A DNA stretch of 64,000 bases from an uncultured Alphaproteobacteria bacterium (GCA_944392145.1 CALXVS010000001.1:11502-75501); one strand, 5' to 3'. Counted from the first letter of the stretch, positions 33,624-45,161 are shown. The notes: a model not told the origin generated them from the letters alone. Numbers and translations: made by a program.

Positions 33624-35993
33624 CTATTGCGGCAAAATGCAAGCCCCGTCTTCTACCAAGCGATTGGGACACGATTTACAGCTGTCCACCTCGTCATCGG
33701 TTATGACGGCAGGGGCTTCAAGCGTGGTGCAAGGATAACAATAATCCCCCGCAAAAAAACGCCGGGTCGTATTACAGGAACGACACATATCACGATGCCC
33801 CTGCGTATCACCGATTTCAACGGGATCCACCAAATCACATGACATACAAAACTTATAATTCGTTGTGTTTCGCCGCCGAAATTCACTGCCTTTCGTGCAT
33901 GAATCGGGAGTCATACATAGTGGGGTATTACCGTCTGACGGCCTCACAACATAATTGCCACATGCCTCACAATACGTCCGACTGACATCTGTATGACCAC
34001 CACCCGGCGTATACCCTTCGTGATAACCGCCACAGGAATAACAACTGTAATTATTGCCTGTATATCCGATTGAATGGGTTTTAAGCGTGCAGGCTTCCAT
34101 ACATGTGCCCCCTGTTTCTTCATTACCGTAATTACCAACCCACAACCGCTTGGGTGTTTGGCACAAATCACATTGGGCTTTGGTCGCTTTAAAGTCCGTC
34201 GTGCCGTCACACGGATAACAATTGCCGTCAATTTCAACGAAAGCACCGGATGACGTATCACAAACAAGTTGGCAATACGTTTTACCGTCACTGCCCGTTA
34301 CTTCCGCCCGCCCGCAAGCGCTATCCGTGCAACCGGAGCCGGCATTCACCTGTCGTTTCGTGGTATCTGTGCACAAATAACAGCGACCGTCCGCCCCCAA
34401 AAATTCACCCGAATCACACTTGCTTTTGACACATCTGGGATAGTTTCCACTCACATAAGTGCGGTTGTGGTCCCCCGCCTCATTTTGGCAGGCATTACAA
34501 TATTCTTGAAACAATGTTCCTCTTGCTAAAAAAGTTTCGTGACCGGTCATTGTATCACATGAAACACATTGCAATAATCCCGTCCAGGCCGCATTATCAA
34601 AAATAAATTCACTCCCCTGATCACACATTGTGGGCAAAACACAATAAAAGCTGTTATAATATCCCCATGCCGTCTGCCGACCGCAATCGGTACACAATTT
34701 AATTGAGGTTTCGTCCCGTCCGATCGCATAACCGTTTTTGCTATCACAGGGCACACAGCTCCCGCCTGATCTCCGAAAACTTTCCTTTGACACACAGTTG
34801 TTTTTTTCCGTGTTCACACAAGATACAAAACCCGCACCCGCTTCAACAACATCCCGGATTTGTTCGCCCGCTTCATTCTGGCAAGCACGACACAAGGCCC
34901 GCTGACGATCATCCACTGCAATATCATATGTCGCCGTTTCGGTACAGGGAATGCAGCCGTTATCTAAAGATTCAAAATATCCTTCTTGGCAAATTGTCTC
35001 AATACAATCATGTTCGTCTTCACTCCAAATATGGCCGATGGGGCATTCACAAGCATTCGTATCTATATTGATATAAGCCTTTCCCGAACAATGGCATGAT
35101 AAGGTGTCCGCATCAAATTCTGCTTTGGCACCGCATTCCGTATAATTGCTTAAATCATTTGCAAAAATAAAAGCCAAAATATTATCATCGGCCGTCTGAC
35201 ACAACGTTAAATCATTTATATAGCGTGTTTCGTTTATAAAAAGAATGTTTTCGGATTCATACATGCGTGCAATCTGTCGGCATAAATCATATGGCACTTC
35301 AGATAATTGAATTTTAAAATAATCCCCATTACGCGCCATAATGGCTGCTTCGGCCGGATATCCCAACGCCGTTTTTAAAGGGTATGCTGTCTTAAGTGAA
35401 GCCCCCCATTCAATATCAGTTATATGCTCTAACTGTGCGGAAATATCAATCGCCCGCGCCCGAACCTCTTCAATCGTTTCATTGGCGCGATATGTCACCA
35501 ACGCCCACCGATACCCGGTGACGGCAGCAATACTTAACACGCCGATAATGGCCAACACCCCCAACATCTCTATCATAGAGCGACCTGTTTCGGACAAAAG
35601 GGGACGATAGGAGGACACGGACGGGGACGGGATGTCACTATCCGCGACGCATCTCCACCCGTCATGCTTGGCGTTGCGCGCATCCCGAATAAATGAGACC
35701 GTTTTACCCGCGATAGCGGACAACCAAGTCCATGTCATCCTTGTGCTTGACACGAGGATCCAGGAAAAATGATGCCGCTTTTTTTGATTCTGAACATCCC
35801 GCATAAATAAGGAATTATTGACACTGGATCCTCGCATACGCAAGGATGACCGCCGGGGAAGGCGTTGCGGGGAAAGGGTTCTTTCACCATTCGTGACGTC
35901 TCCCCCGTCGGCATAACCGATGTTGCAAGCATCCGACAAAACCGCTTTAACCCCTTTTCCCTTAACCCATACCTTTTTAAATACGTTCCACAT
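33624..35993 (-). CDS. Pilin-like modular protein, paralog 2 (largest): very long leader + prepilin-type motif + head region + EGF-like entry + ~7.5 six-Cys modules
   Basis: I prefer the start at ATG 35993 (GGGAGG upstream). The track ORF begins at a TTG at 36023. It carries LSETG|RSMIEMLGVLAIIGVLSIAAVTGYRWALVTYRANETIEEV, with the Gly codon at 35583..35585, and repeated C-x3-5-[EF]F-x-C-x2-C-x10-15-C-x2-C-x9-16-C modules through to the C-terminus. Confidence 0.8.
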   Translation of the reverse strand: MWNVFKKVWVKGKGVKAVLSDACNIGYADGGDVTNGERTLSPQRLPRRSSLRMRGSSVNNSLFMRDVQNQKKRHHFSWILVSSTRMTWTWLSAIAGKTVSFIRDARNAKHDGWRCVADSDIPSPSVSSYRPLLSETGRSMIEMLGVLAIIGVLSIAAVTGYRWALVTYRANETIEEVRARAIDISAQLEHITDIEWGASLKTAYPLKTALGYPAEAAIMARNGDYFKIQLSEVPYDLCRQIARMYESENILFINETRYINDLTLCQTADDNILAFIFANDLSNYTECGAKAEFDADTLSCHCSGKAYINIDTNACECPIGHIWSEDEHDCIETICQEGYFESLDNGCIPCTETATYDIAVDDRQRALCRACQNEAGEQIRDVVEAGAGFVSCVNTEKNNCVSKESFRRSGGSCVPCDSKNGYAIGRDETSIKLCTDCGRQTAWGYYNSFYCVLPTMCDQGSEFIFDNAAWTGLLQCVSCDTMTGHETFLARGTLFQEYCNACQNEAGDHNRTYVSGNYPRCVKSKCDSGEFLGADGRCYLCTDTTKRQVNAGSGCTDSACGRAEVTGSDGKTYCQLVCDTSSGAFVEIDGNCYPCDGTTDFKATKAQCDLCQTPKRLWVGNYGNEETGGTCMEACTLKTHSIGYTGNNYSCYSCGGYHEGYTPGGGHTDVSRTYCEACGNYVVRPSDGNTPLCMTPDSCTKGSEFRRRNTTNYKFCMSCDLVDPVEIGDTQGHRDMCRSCNTTRRFFAGDYCYPCTTLEAPAVITDDEVDSCKSCPNRLVEDGACILPQ
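35695..35882. repeat. Inverted pair of the palindromic leader element inside paralog 2 coding sequence
   Basis: 35695..35768 is the same element as 11311..11384. 35824..35882 (ctggatcctcgcatacgcaaggatgaccgccggggaaggcgttgcggggaaagggttc) is a diverged copy in the opposite orientation. The matching arms are cgaggatccag/ctggatcctcg, gtcatccttg/caaggatgac and acccgc/gcgggg. Confidence 0.65.
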
Positions 35994-36023
35994 GTAACCT
36001 CCCATAAAACAGCTTGGTTTCAA

Positions 36024-36207
36024 CCTGTTCTTTATGTTACATAAAGGAACCTTTTTGTAACGCCCGAATCGGGCAAAAACAAATAATGGGATTTTTTTGT
36101 CCTAACACACTTATTTAAATGCAAAATCAGCTAATTTTTCTTTTTTTCAAAAACCATAAAAAAACAGTTGCAAAAAAAGGTTCCTTTTTGTAACGGTTTT
36201 TTTACAC
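36024..36207 (-). promoter_or_regulatory. Diverged version of the family 5' cassette (copy 2)
   Basis: It has the same layout as copies 1 and 3. The paired 19-nt motif is ggaacctttttgtaacgcc (36046) and ggttcctttttgtaacggt (36179), 133 nt apart. Between them, aacacacttatttaaatgc...gctaattt aligns with gacacactttttaaaacatgctaattt of copy 1. There is also a palindrome gttaca-N14-tgtaac (36036..36061) and a GC hairpin gcccgaatcgggc (36062..36074). Confidence 0.55.
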
Positions 36208-36251
36208 TAAAAAACAAGAAGATAAGGCCTAGAAAATTACAAAAATCTTAA

Positions 36252-36755
36252 TCAACGGCGACTGGGATTTTGTGCCACACCGGCCTCAACAAATCGTTCC
36301 CACGGGAATAAAATACCCGGGTCTTGCTTCCGACCGGGGGCAATATCGCTGTGCCCGACAACATTTTCGGGTGCAATTTTATACATATTACATAACAAAC
36401 GACACAAGCGAATGCCCGCTGCAACTTGTTTTTGCGTAAATCCGCCCAATGCACCGGCCTTAACCGGACACTGAAACTCAATACCGATTGACACCCCATT
36501 TATATCGTTTCCCATTCCCGGCCAGGTGGATACGCCCGCATGCCAAGCACGCTTATCATCCGCGACAAGTTGATAAATCGTGCCGTCACGGTCAATGACA
36601 TAATGTGCACTGACCCGATTCGGCGCTTTTGAATCAATCAAATACGACCATGTTTGTGCCAAATTTCGGGTTGCCGTCGCATGTAATACAAGCATTTGAA
36701 TAGGCCCCGTGCGCGCATCATAATGCAAAGAGCGAACGGTTTTTAAAATTTTCAT
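36252..36755 (-). CDS. ampD: N-acetylmuramoyl-L-alanine amidase, Amidase_2 (AmpD-like)
   Basis: LVLHATA...SAHYVIDRDGTIYQLV...AWHAGVSTW...NGVSIGIEF. I prefer the start at 36755, which makes an ATGA overlap with the ruvC stop. Confidence 0.8.
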   Translation of the reverse strand: MKILKTVRSLHYDARTGPIQMLVLHATATRNLAQTWSYLIDSKAPNRVSAHYVIDRDGTIYQLVADDKRAWHAGVSTWPGMGNDINGVSIGIEFQCPVKAGALGGFTQKQVAAGIRLCRLLCNMYKIAPENVVGHSDIAPGRKQDPGILFPWERFVEAGVAQNPSRR

Positions 36756-37255
36756 CGGCGCACCAATCCCCCCAATGTTTGACGCATAAACCCATGACAC
36801 AAGGCAATTGCCAATGCGTCTGAGGCATCAGGGGGAATATGTTCGGGGACGGTCTTTAATAAAGTGCGCACCATCATATCCACCTGATTTTTATCGGCAT
36901 GTCCGGCCCCGACAATCATTTTTTTAATCTGATTCGGCGTGTATTCTGCAACCCGCAACCCTTTTAATGCGGGAACCAATAATACCACACCGCGCGCCTG
37001 CCCCAATTTTAAAGTAGATGTCGGATTTTTATTAACAAACGTTTCTTCAACCGCGGCTTCATCCGGAGAAAAATTTTCAATAACCTGATGCAACTGCTCA
37101 TACAATTCGGCCAACCGGTCACTTAGTGATCGTGTTTCATCCGGATTGATAACACCGGCGGCAATAAACCGCAACCGTGTGTTTTCTTTTTCAATAACAC
37201 CCCATCCCGTGTGGCGCAGCCCCGGATCAAGTCCTAAAATCCGAACGGGCATCAA
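36752..37255 (-). CDS. ruvC: Crossover junction endodeoxyribonuclease RuvC
   Basis: ILGLDPGLRHTGWGVI..., C-terminal DASDALAIALCH. Confidence 0.92.
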   Translation of the reverse strand: MMPVRILGLDPGLRHTGWGVIEKENTRLRFIAAGVINPDETRSLSDRLAELYEQLHQVIENFSPDEAAVEETFVNKNPTSTLKLGQARGVVLLVPALKGLRVAEYTPNQIKKMIVGAGHADKNQVDMMVRTLLKTVPEHIPPDASDALAIALCHGFMRQTLGGLVRR

Positions 37256-37261
37256 CAGCCC

Positions 37262-38014
37262 CTAGGCATCCAATTTTGCCAAGATCTCTTCGGGGATATC
37301 GGCATTTGTAATGACCCGTTGCACATCATCATCTTCATTTAAAAGTGCAATAAAATTCATCAGTTTTTGCGCTGTTTCGGTATCTGAAACAGGGGTTTGA
37401 ACCATCGGTTTCCAATCAAGACGTGCAATGTTCGGCGTTCCCAGTTTTGCTTCTAACGCCTCGCGCACCGCACCCAAATCATCGGGGGCACAGGTGATTT
37501 CGTGCGTTTCATCCGTTGAGACAACATCTGCCGCACCGGCTTCCAGTGCTACTTCAAACAAAGCATCAGGCGTAGCAACAGTTGCCGGATATTCAATATA
37601 CCCGATTCGTTCAAAGTTAAAGGTCACCGAACCCGTTTCCCCTAAAGCCCCGCCGTTTTTGGAAAACATAGACCGCAACGCCGGAGCCGTACGAGCACGG
37701 TTATCCGTCAACGCCTCCACAATTACAGCCACTTTGCCGGGACCAAATCCCTCATAGCGCACTTCTTCGTAATTGGTGGTATCGGCCCCTTGCGTTCCTT
37801 TTAAAATAGCGCGTTCAATGTTGTCTTTAGGCATGTTTTGCGAACGTGCATTTTGAATGGCTAAACGTAACCGTGGATTCATATCCGGATCAGGCAACCC
37901 TGTTTTAACGGCCACGGTAATTTCACGAGCCAATTTGGAAAACACTTTGGCACGCATTTTGTCCTGTGCCCCTTTACGATACATAATGTTTTTAAATTGT
38001 GAATGTCCTGCCAT
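37262..38014 (-). CDS. yebC: YebC/PmpR family DNA-binding transcriptional regulator
   Basis: [37 protein letters not shown] is the canonical YebC N-terminus. Confidence 0.92.
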   Translation of the reverse strand: MAGHSQFKNIMYRKGAQDKMRAKVFSKLAREITVAVKTGLPDPDMNPRLRLAIQNARSQNMPKDNIERAILKGTQGADTTNYEEVRYEGFGPGKVAVIVEALTDNRARTAPALRSMFSKNGGALGETGSVTFNFERIGYIEYPATVATPDALFEVALEAGAADVVSTDETHEITCAPDDLGAVREALEAKLGTPNIARLDWKPMVQTPVSDTETAQKLMNFIALLNEDDDVQRVITNADIPEEILAKLDA

Positions 38015-38057
38015 AACGACTCCTTAAAAAAAATAAAAACGAATAAGCGATATTATA

Positions 38058-38870
38058 TCATAAGACAATTGTATTTTCAAGATGGGCGCCAACCCGAACA
38101 GGGAAAATTTTATCGGCTGTCGGTTCTTTTCCGTCCCATTCTACAACGACACCGCAAAAAGTCCCCTCCTGCTCCGCCGGAGCCAGCCGATTATTTTGTT
38201 TTGGCGTTAAAAACCGGGATAAGGCCGCATCTGTCTGCATCCCAATAACGGACATATAATCACCACACATACCGACATCGGTCATATAGGCTGTTTTTCC
38301 CGGCAACAAACAGGCATCCGCCGTCGGAATATGCGTATGCGTCCCGACAACCATTAACGCCTTTTTGTCCAAAAAAGCGCCCATGGCGCGTTTTTCGGCC
38401 GTCGCCTCGGCATGAAAATCAACGATCAAAGCATTATAATCTACCCCTTGATGAAACTGTCTCATCCATGATTCAATCGCTTTAAACGGATCAGAGACCG
38501 ATTTCATAAAAACCTGCCCCAACAGTTGAACAACCGCAATTTTACAGCCATTCGGCAACGTGTGAAATACAAAGCCGCGTCCTATCGTATTTTCGGGATA
38601 ATTTAAAGGACGAACAATCGGTGCATCGGTTTCAAGTATCTTAACAATATCTTTTTTGTCAAACGAATGGTTCCCCAACGTTACCACATCGGCGCCGCTT
38701 TGAATTAACTCACCATAAATTTTCGGGGTTAAGCCAAATCCATGCGCGGCATTTTCCCCATTGACGATAACCGCATCCAATTGCAACCGCTGACGCAAAA
38801 GCGGCAAAACGGCTGCTAAAATCCGTCGGCCCGCTTTGCCAACAACATCACCACAAAACAAAACTCTCAT
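38058..38870 (-). CDS. YmdB-like (TIGR00282) metallophosphoesterase
   Basis: MRVLFCGDVVGKAGR..., NGENAAHGFG, GNHSFD and VGTHTHIPTAD motifs. Confidence 0.85.
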   Translation of the reverse strand: MRVLFCGDVVGKAGRRILAAVLPLLRQRLQLDAVIVNGENAAHGFGLTPKIYGELIQSGADVVTLGNHSFDKKDIVKILETDAPIVRPLNYPENTIGRGFVFHTLPNGCKIAVVQLLGQVFMKSVSDPFKAIESWMRQFHQGVDYNALIVDFHAEATAEKRAMGAFLDKKALMVVGTHTHIPTADACLLPGKTAYMTDVGMCGDYMSVIGMQTDAALSRFLTPKQNNRLAPAEQEGTFCGVVVEWDGKEPTADKIFPVRVGAHLENTIVL

Positions 38871-39175
38871 ACATTTAAACTGTCGCTTAACGCTGTTATT
38901 TTTTCGGCCAGTGCCTTAATGGTTCCTGCCGTTTTTTCGGCCAATACGGCTGATTCGCTTGAGACCATTTGCTTTTCCAACAACAACTTTTCTTCCGCTA
39001 ATAAAAGACAAATCATCGCCAACAACTGGCCTTCCTGCATAAATCCCAACGAAGCAGTTAACTGTCCGGCTTTTTTATCCAACATATCGGCCAGCTCTTT
39101 CATATGCACTTCTTGTCCGTCATTACAAGAAAACTTGTAAAATCGCGATCCGATTTTTAACGAAACAACGGCCAT
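38867..39175 (-). CDS. zapA: Cell division protein ZapA
   Basis: 102 aa. VSLKIGSRFYKFSCNDGQEVHMKELADMLDKK followed by a coiled-coil tail. Confidence 0.8.
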   Translation of the reverse strand: MAVVSLKIGSRFYKFSCNDGQEVHMKELADMLDKKAGQLTASLGFMQEGQLLAMICLLLAEEKLLLEKQMVSSESAVLAEKTAGTIKALAEKITALSDSLNV

Positions 39176-39363
39176 TATTCGTCTCCTTTCTTAAAAGAAG
39201 TCAAAGCATTATCCAATCGGGTATAGGCTGTTTTAATAACCTCTTTTAAGTCAACAATCTGCTTGTTCGCTTGAACGGTATTTTTTTTATGCACATACAC
39301 GGCCTGTTCCAAACGGACAACGGCCTCTTCCAATGTTTTTAAAGCGTTCCTAACCTGCTCCAT
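39175..39363 (-). CDS. Small coiled-coil protein (DUF4164-like)
   Basis: 62 aa, all-helical with heptad character, overlapping the zapA start by 1 nt. The family call is from synteny memory only. Confidence 0.5.
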   Translation of the reverse strand: MEQVRNALKTLEEAVVRLEQAVYVHKKNTVQANKQIVDLKEVIKTAYTRLDNALTSFKKGDE

Positions 39364-39465
39364 ACATTTTTCCTTAAAACTTTAAAAAAATATAGCATAT
39401 TTTCCCATGAACGTCCAGTAAAAAAATAAGACAGACCTACCGGTTTTTTTAATAAAAAACGGGAG

Positions 39466-40065
39466 TTAAGTATTTAAACGTCGCCGTGCATTAAAAGCCA
39501 TTTGCAACGTTCCGTCATCCAAATAATCCAACTCTCCACCAACCGGCACCCCGCGTGAAAGCATAGAAACCGTCACATTTAAATCAGCCAACCTGTCAGA
39601 CAGATAATGCACCGTTGCTTGCCCTTCAATCGTAGCGGGCAATGCCAACACAACCTCGGATACATTCTGGTTCACAACACGGTCAACCAATTCCTGAATT
39701 TTTAATTCTTCCGGGCCAATTCCATCCAAAGCTGACAACACACCGCCCAAAACGTGATAAACACCTTTAAAGGCACCGGCACGCTCCAATGCCCACAAAT
39801 CGGCAACATCCTGCACCACACACACCTGCCTTTGGTTGCGGGATTCATTTTGACAAATAGCACAAGGTACGGTCGTATCCATATTACCGCAAACGGGGCA
39901 AGCCGAAATATTATCCAACACCTGATGCATGGCTTCAATCAATGGGGCAAAATGGCTTTCCCGTTTGTTTAAAAGGTATAAAACCGCCCGCCTTGCCGAG
40001 CGTGGTCCCAACGCGGGCAACTTGGACAACAATCCGATTAATCGTTCAATTTCCGGTGCGGACAT
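39466..40065 (-). CDS. recR: Recombination protein RecR
   Basis: LSKLPALGPRSARR HhH, the zinc finger CPVCGNMDTTVPCAIC, and a Toprim domain. Confidence 0.92.
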   Translation of the reverse strand: MSAPEIERLIGLLSKLPALGPRSARRAVLYLLNKRESHFAPLIEAMHQVLDNISACPVCGNMDTTVPCAICQNESRNQRQVCVVQDVADLWALERAGAFKGVYHVLGGVLSALDGIGPEELKIQELVDRVVNQNVSEVVLALPATIEGQATVHYLSDRLADLNVTVSMLSRGVPVGGELDYLDDGTLQMAFNARRRLNT

Positions 40066-40074
40066 GAAATTCCA

Positions 40075-40398
40075 TTAAAACGGCAACTTAAATCCCGCGG
40101 GCAATCCCAAAGACGCCTGAATTCGTGTCATTTCCGCATCCATAGCGGCTTGCGCTTTTTCTTGGGAATCGCGAATCGCCAAAATAATTAAATCTTCCAA
40201 CGTTTCCACATCGTCTTTATCCACCACGGCCGGTTCAATGGTTAATTTGACCGGCGCCCCTTTTCCCGTCATCAAAATTTTAACGGCACCACCACCCGAT
40301 TGCCCTTCAAATTCCATTTTTTCCATTTTTGTTTGCAAAATACTCATCTGTGATTGAACAGACTGCGCTTTTTTCATTAATTCACCGATATTTTTCAT
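40075..40398 (-). CDS. ybaB: YbaB/EbfC family nucleoid-associated protein
   Basis: MKNIGELMKKAQSVQSQMSILQTKM...GGGAVKILMTGKG. Confidence 0.9.
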   Translation of the reverse strand: MKNIGELMKKAQSVQSQMSILQTKMEKMEFEGQSGGGAVKILMTGKGAPVKLTIEPAVVDKDDVETLEDLIILAIRDSQEKAQAAMDAEMTRIQASLGLPAGFKLPF

Positions 40399-40551
40399 GA
40401 TTGCCTCCTTAAAGTAATAAAAAAAATCATGTCTTCATCATATCAGGTTTTATAAATTTCACAAGATTTTTTCTGCCTTTGCTTGCTTTTTTTTTATTTT
40501 CGGATAGAATAGGAGGGCATTTTAGCTGTATTTAAAGAAAAGAGTTTTTAT

Positions 40552-42354
40552 ATGACCGACCTGTCCCATATTCGCAATTTTTCCATTGTCGCCCACATTG
40601 ACCACGGCAAATCAACCTTGGCCGATCGTTTGATTCAACGCTGTGGCGCTGTTTCTGACCGCGAGATGAAAGAACAACTGTTAGATAACATGGATATTGA
40701 ACGGGAACGCGGCATTACGATTAAAGCACAAACCGTGCGCCTAAACTACACAGCCCGAAACGGGGAAATGTATGTTTTAAACCTGATTGACACACCGGGG
40801 CATGTGGATTTCGGATATGAAGTCAGCCGATCTTTGGCGGCGTGTGAGGGATCTTTGCTGGTGGTTGATGCAACACAAGGCGTTGAAGCACAAACATTGG
40901 CCAACGTTTATAAAGCCTTGGATGCCAATCATGAAATCGTGCCGGTCATCAATAAAATTGATTTACCCGCCGCCGATCCCGATCGCGTTAAGGCTCAAAT
41001 TGAAGATGTGATCGGCATTGACACGACTGATGCCCCCTTAATTTCTGCCAAAACAGGTATTGGGATAGAGGAAGTATTGGAAACCATTGTTACACGTCTG
41101 CCGGCACCGCAAGGACAACCGGAAGCACCGCTTAAAGCCATGTTAGTTGATTCATGGTATGATGCTTATTTAGGGATTATCGTATTGGTGCGCGTTGTGG
41201 ACGGCGTGTTAAAAAAAGGCAGCGAAATTCAAATGATGGCCTCGGGTGCTTCCTATAAAGTTGACAGGGTCGGTTATTTTTCCCCGAAAATGACAGATAC
41301 AACTGATTTAAAAACCGGTGAACTCGGTTTTATTATCTGTGGCATTAAATCTATCGGTGAAACAAAGGTTGGTGATACAATTACAACAACCAAAAACCCG
41401 GCTGCCGCCCCCTTACCGGGCTTTAAACCCAGTCTGTCGGTTGTGTTTTGCTCTTTGTTTCCGGTTGATATGAGCGATTATGAAAACCTAAAAGAGTCCC
41501 TTGGCAAATTGCAACTGAACGACGCCAGTTTTCAATTTACGCCCGATAAATCACTGGCTTTGGGGCAAGGGTTTCGGTGCGGTTTTTTGGGATTGTTGCA
41601 TATGGAGATTATTCAAGAGCGTTTATCCCGAGAATTTAATTTGGACTTGATCACAACGGCACCGTCTGTTGCCTATAAGGTGCATTTGACAAACGGGCAA
41701 ACGCTGACCATGCATAATCCTGCCGACATGCCTGACATTACCTCAATTGCTTCTATTGAAGAACCTTGGGTGAAAGCAACCATTATGACACCCGACGAAT
41801 ATTTGGGCGGAATCTTGCAACTATGCACCGAACGCCGCGGCATTCAAAAGGATTTAACCTATGTCGGCAATCGTGCTATGGCGGTTTACCAATTACCCTT
41901 AAATGAAATTGTCTTTGATTTTTACGACCGCTTAAAATCCCTGTCCAAGGGGTATGCCAGCTTTGACTATGAATTGGCCGACTATGCGGCCAGCGATTTG
42001 GTACGCGTTAATATTTTGGTGAATGCCGAACCGGTGGATGCGTTGGCCTTTTTGGTGCATCGCACACAAGCCGAACGCCGCGGCCGCCAAATTTGCGAAC
42101 GGTTAAAAGACTTGATTCCCCGGCATCAGTTTAAAATTCCGATTCAGGCCACGATTGGCGGCAAAATTATCGCGCGTGAGGATATTTCCGCTTTCCGCAA
42201 AGATGTAACGGCGAAATGTTACGGGGGCGATATCACCCGTAAACGTAAATTGCTTGAAAAGCAAAAAGAGGGGAAAAAACGTATGCGTCAATTTGGTAGT
42301 GTGGAAATTCCACAAACCGCGTTTATTGAAGCCCTTAAAATCGGTGATGAATGA
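40552..42354 (+). CDS. lepA: Translation elongation factor 4 (LepA)
   Basis: [34 protein letters not shown] and a C-terminal LepA_C. Confidence 0.95.
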   Translation: MTDLSHIRNFSIVAHIDHGKSTLADRLIQRCGAVSDREMKEQLLDNMDIERERGITIKAQTVRLNYTARNGEMYVLNLIDTPGHVDFGYEVSRSLAACEGSLLVVDATQGVEAQTLANVYKALDANHEIVPVINKIDLPAADPDRVKAQIEDVIGIDTTDAPLISAKTGIGIEEVLETIVTRLPAPQGQPEAPLKAMLVDSWYDAYLGIIVLVRVVDGVLKKGSEIQMMASGASYKVDRVGYFSPKMTDTTDLKTGELGFIICGIKSIGETKVGDTITTTKNPAAAPLPGFKPSLSVVFCSLFPVDMSDYENLKESLGKLQLNDASFQFTPDKSLALGQGFRCGFLGLLHMEIIQERLSREFNLDLITTAPSVAYKVHLTNGQTLTMHNPADMPDITSIASIEEPWVKATIMTPDEYLGGILQLCTERRGIQKDLTYVGNRAMAVYQLPLNEIVFDFYDRLKSLSKGYASFDYELADYAASDLVRVNILVNAEPVDALAFLVHRTQAERRGRQICERLKDLIPRHQFKIPIQATIGGKIIAREDISAFRKDVTAKCYGGDITRKRKLLEKQKEGKKRMRQFGSVEIPQTAFIEALKIGDE

Positions 42355-42631
42355 TTATGATGACTGAACCTTTTATAAAATTTCTTGTAAAAAGCTGTTT
42401 AATATCATAATTTTCAGGGTATTTTTCAATCCCAAGCAACAAATTTACAAAAGGATAAACCAGACCAAAAGGAATATAAACCGGTAAAACAAAATCGGAA
42501 TTTGCTTGGATACGCAGTTTGAATGTTTTAATTACCCAAGCGTTTATTCTTTGGTTTCACAAGTCAAAACCGAATTTACAAAACAATCCCTTAAAAAAAT
42601 GGCTTTTGACAACAACCGCTTTGAAAATGTC

Positions 42632-42670
42632 TAAAAAAGAATGCCTTTCCGATCATAAACCGGAAAGGCA
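42632..42670 (-). terminator. Intrinsic terminator of eno
   Basis: On the - strand, tgcctttccg-gtttatga-tcggaaaggca (10-bp stem) is followed by ttctttttt. Confidence 0.85.
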
Positions 42671-42694
42671 CCTTTAATCCCTAAAGATATCGGA

Positions 42695-43996
<1,302 letters not shown>

Positions 43997-44006
43997 TTAT
44001 GACGAA

Positions 44007-44843
44007 TTACAACACTTTCTGAAATGTTTTGGCCACGGCATCCAATGCCTTTAACTGGGCCAAAACCGCCGGCAGATTTGCCGTCGGAATCATGTTTGGC
44101 CCGTCACTGGGGGCCGTATCGGGCGTGTGATGCGTTTCAATAAACACACTTGAAATCCCCGTCGCAATCGCGGCATTCCCCAAAATCGGGGCAAACTCTC
44201 GCTGCCCGCCGCTGCTGTTCCCTTGGCCGCCGGGCTGCTGCACACTGTGCGTTGCATCAAACACTACGGGATAGCCGGTTTGTTTCATAATCGGTAAAGA
44301 CCGCATATCCACCACCAATGTGTTATACCCGAATGAAACACCCCGTTCGGTCAGCAAAATACGCCGATTGCCCGTGCTTTCAATTTTGGCAACCACATTT
44401 TTCATATCCCAAGGGGCCAAAAATTGCCCTTTTTTAACGTTGACAGCACAATTGGTTTGCCCTGCCGCCAAGACCAGATCCGTCTGACGGCACAAAAACG
44501 CCGGAATCTGCAAAATGTCTACCACCGCAGCGGCCTCGGCACACTGATACGGTTCATGCACATCTGTCAAAACGGGGCAACCATAGCGTTTTTTTATTTC
44601 TTCAAATGCCTTTAAAGCCTTTTCCAATCCCATGCCGCGCACGCCGTTTACGCCGGTGCGATTCGCTTTATCAAACGAGGCTTTAAAAACAAACGGAATG
44701 TCCATTTTTGCTGTCAGCTCGGATAAAAAACCGGCCATGTCTAACCCGTGTTCCAAACTTTCCATTTGGCACGGTCCGGCAATCAAGACAAACGGCCGTT
44801 CGTTAGAAAAACAAACGTTCCCGACTTGAACACACGTTTGCAT
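44007..44843 (-). CDS. kdsA: 3-deoxy-8-phosphooctulonate (KDO-8-P) synthase
   Basis: [36 protein letters not shown]. Confidence 0.92.
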   Translation of the reverse strand: MQTCVQVGNVCFSNERPFVLIAGPCQMESLEHGLDMAGFLSELTAKMDIPFVFKASFDKANRTGVNGVRGMGLEKALKAFEEIKKRYGCPVLTDVHEPYQCAEAAAVVDILQIPAFLCRQTDLVLAAGQTNCAVNVKKGQFLAPWDMKNVVAKIESTGNRRILLTERGVSFGYNTLVVDMRSLPIMKQTGYPVVFDATHSVQQPGGQGNSSGGQREFAPILGNAAIATGISSVFIETHHTPDTAPSDGPNMIPTANLPAVLAQLKALDAVAKTFQKVL

Positions 44844-44849
44844 CAGTGC

Positions 44850-45149
44850 TTACTCCCGGGGGCCGTCTGCCGATTGTTCGGCCGAAATGGGAATCAATGA
44901 CGGGGCTGTTTCAACCGGTGTTTTTTTGGCCAAAATCACCAGCGATAAACTGGTGATCACAAAACCAACAAACAAATAACTGGTCGCTTTGGTTAAAAAA
45001 TTACCCGCCTGACGTCCCGTGAACAGGCCGGACGCTCCCTGACCACCGCCTAAAGCCCCCAATGCCCCACCTTCCGAACGTTGCATCAACACCAAAATTG
45101 TAATAAAAACCGCCAATAAAATATGAATTGTCAATAAAACCGTATGCAT
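44850..45149 (-). CDS. secG: Preprotein translocase subunit SecG
   Basis: 99 aa with two TM segments and LMQRSEGGALGALGGG. Confidence 0.85.
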   Translation of the reverse strand: MHTVLLTIHILLAVFITILVLMQRSEGGALGALGGGQGASGLFTGRQAGNFLTKATSYLFVGFVITSLSLVILAKKTPVETAPSLIPISAEQSADGPRE

Positions 45150-45161
45150 ATTATCCCTCTC

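Noticed and set aside
35994-36023. The longer form of paralog 2 starting at the track position 36023.
   Set aside because: - That codon is TTG with no SD.
- The ATG at 35993 is preceded by GGGAGG and yields an N-terminus (MWNVFKKVWVKG) resembling MRFKGFFNKGVFLK of the other paralogs.
- The ATG at 36005 remains a possible alternative.
38867-39465. 6S RNA (ssrS) next to zapA, as in E. coli.
   Set aside because: - The zapA stop overlaps the next gene.
- The only spacer nearby (39364..39465) is ~100 nt, AT-rich, and contains just an A/T-stem hairpin that looks like the recR terminator.
- There is nothing resembling the long 6S rod.
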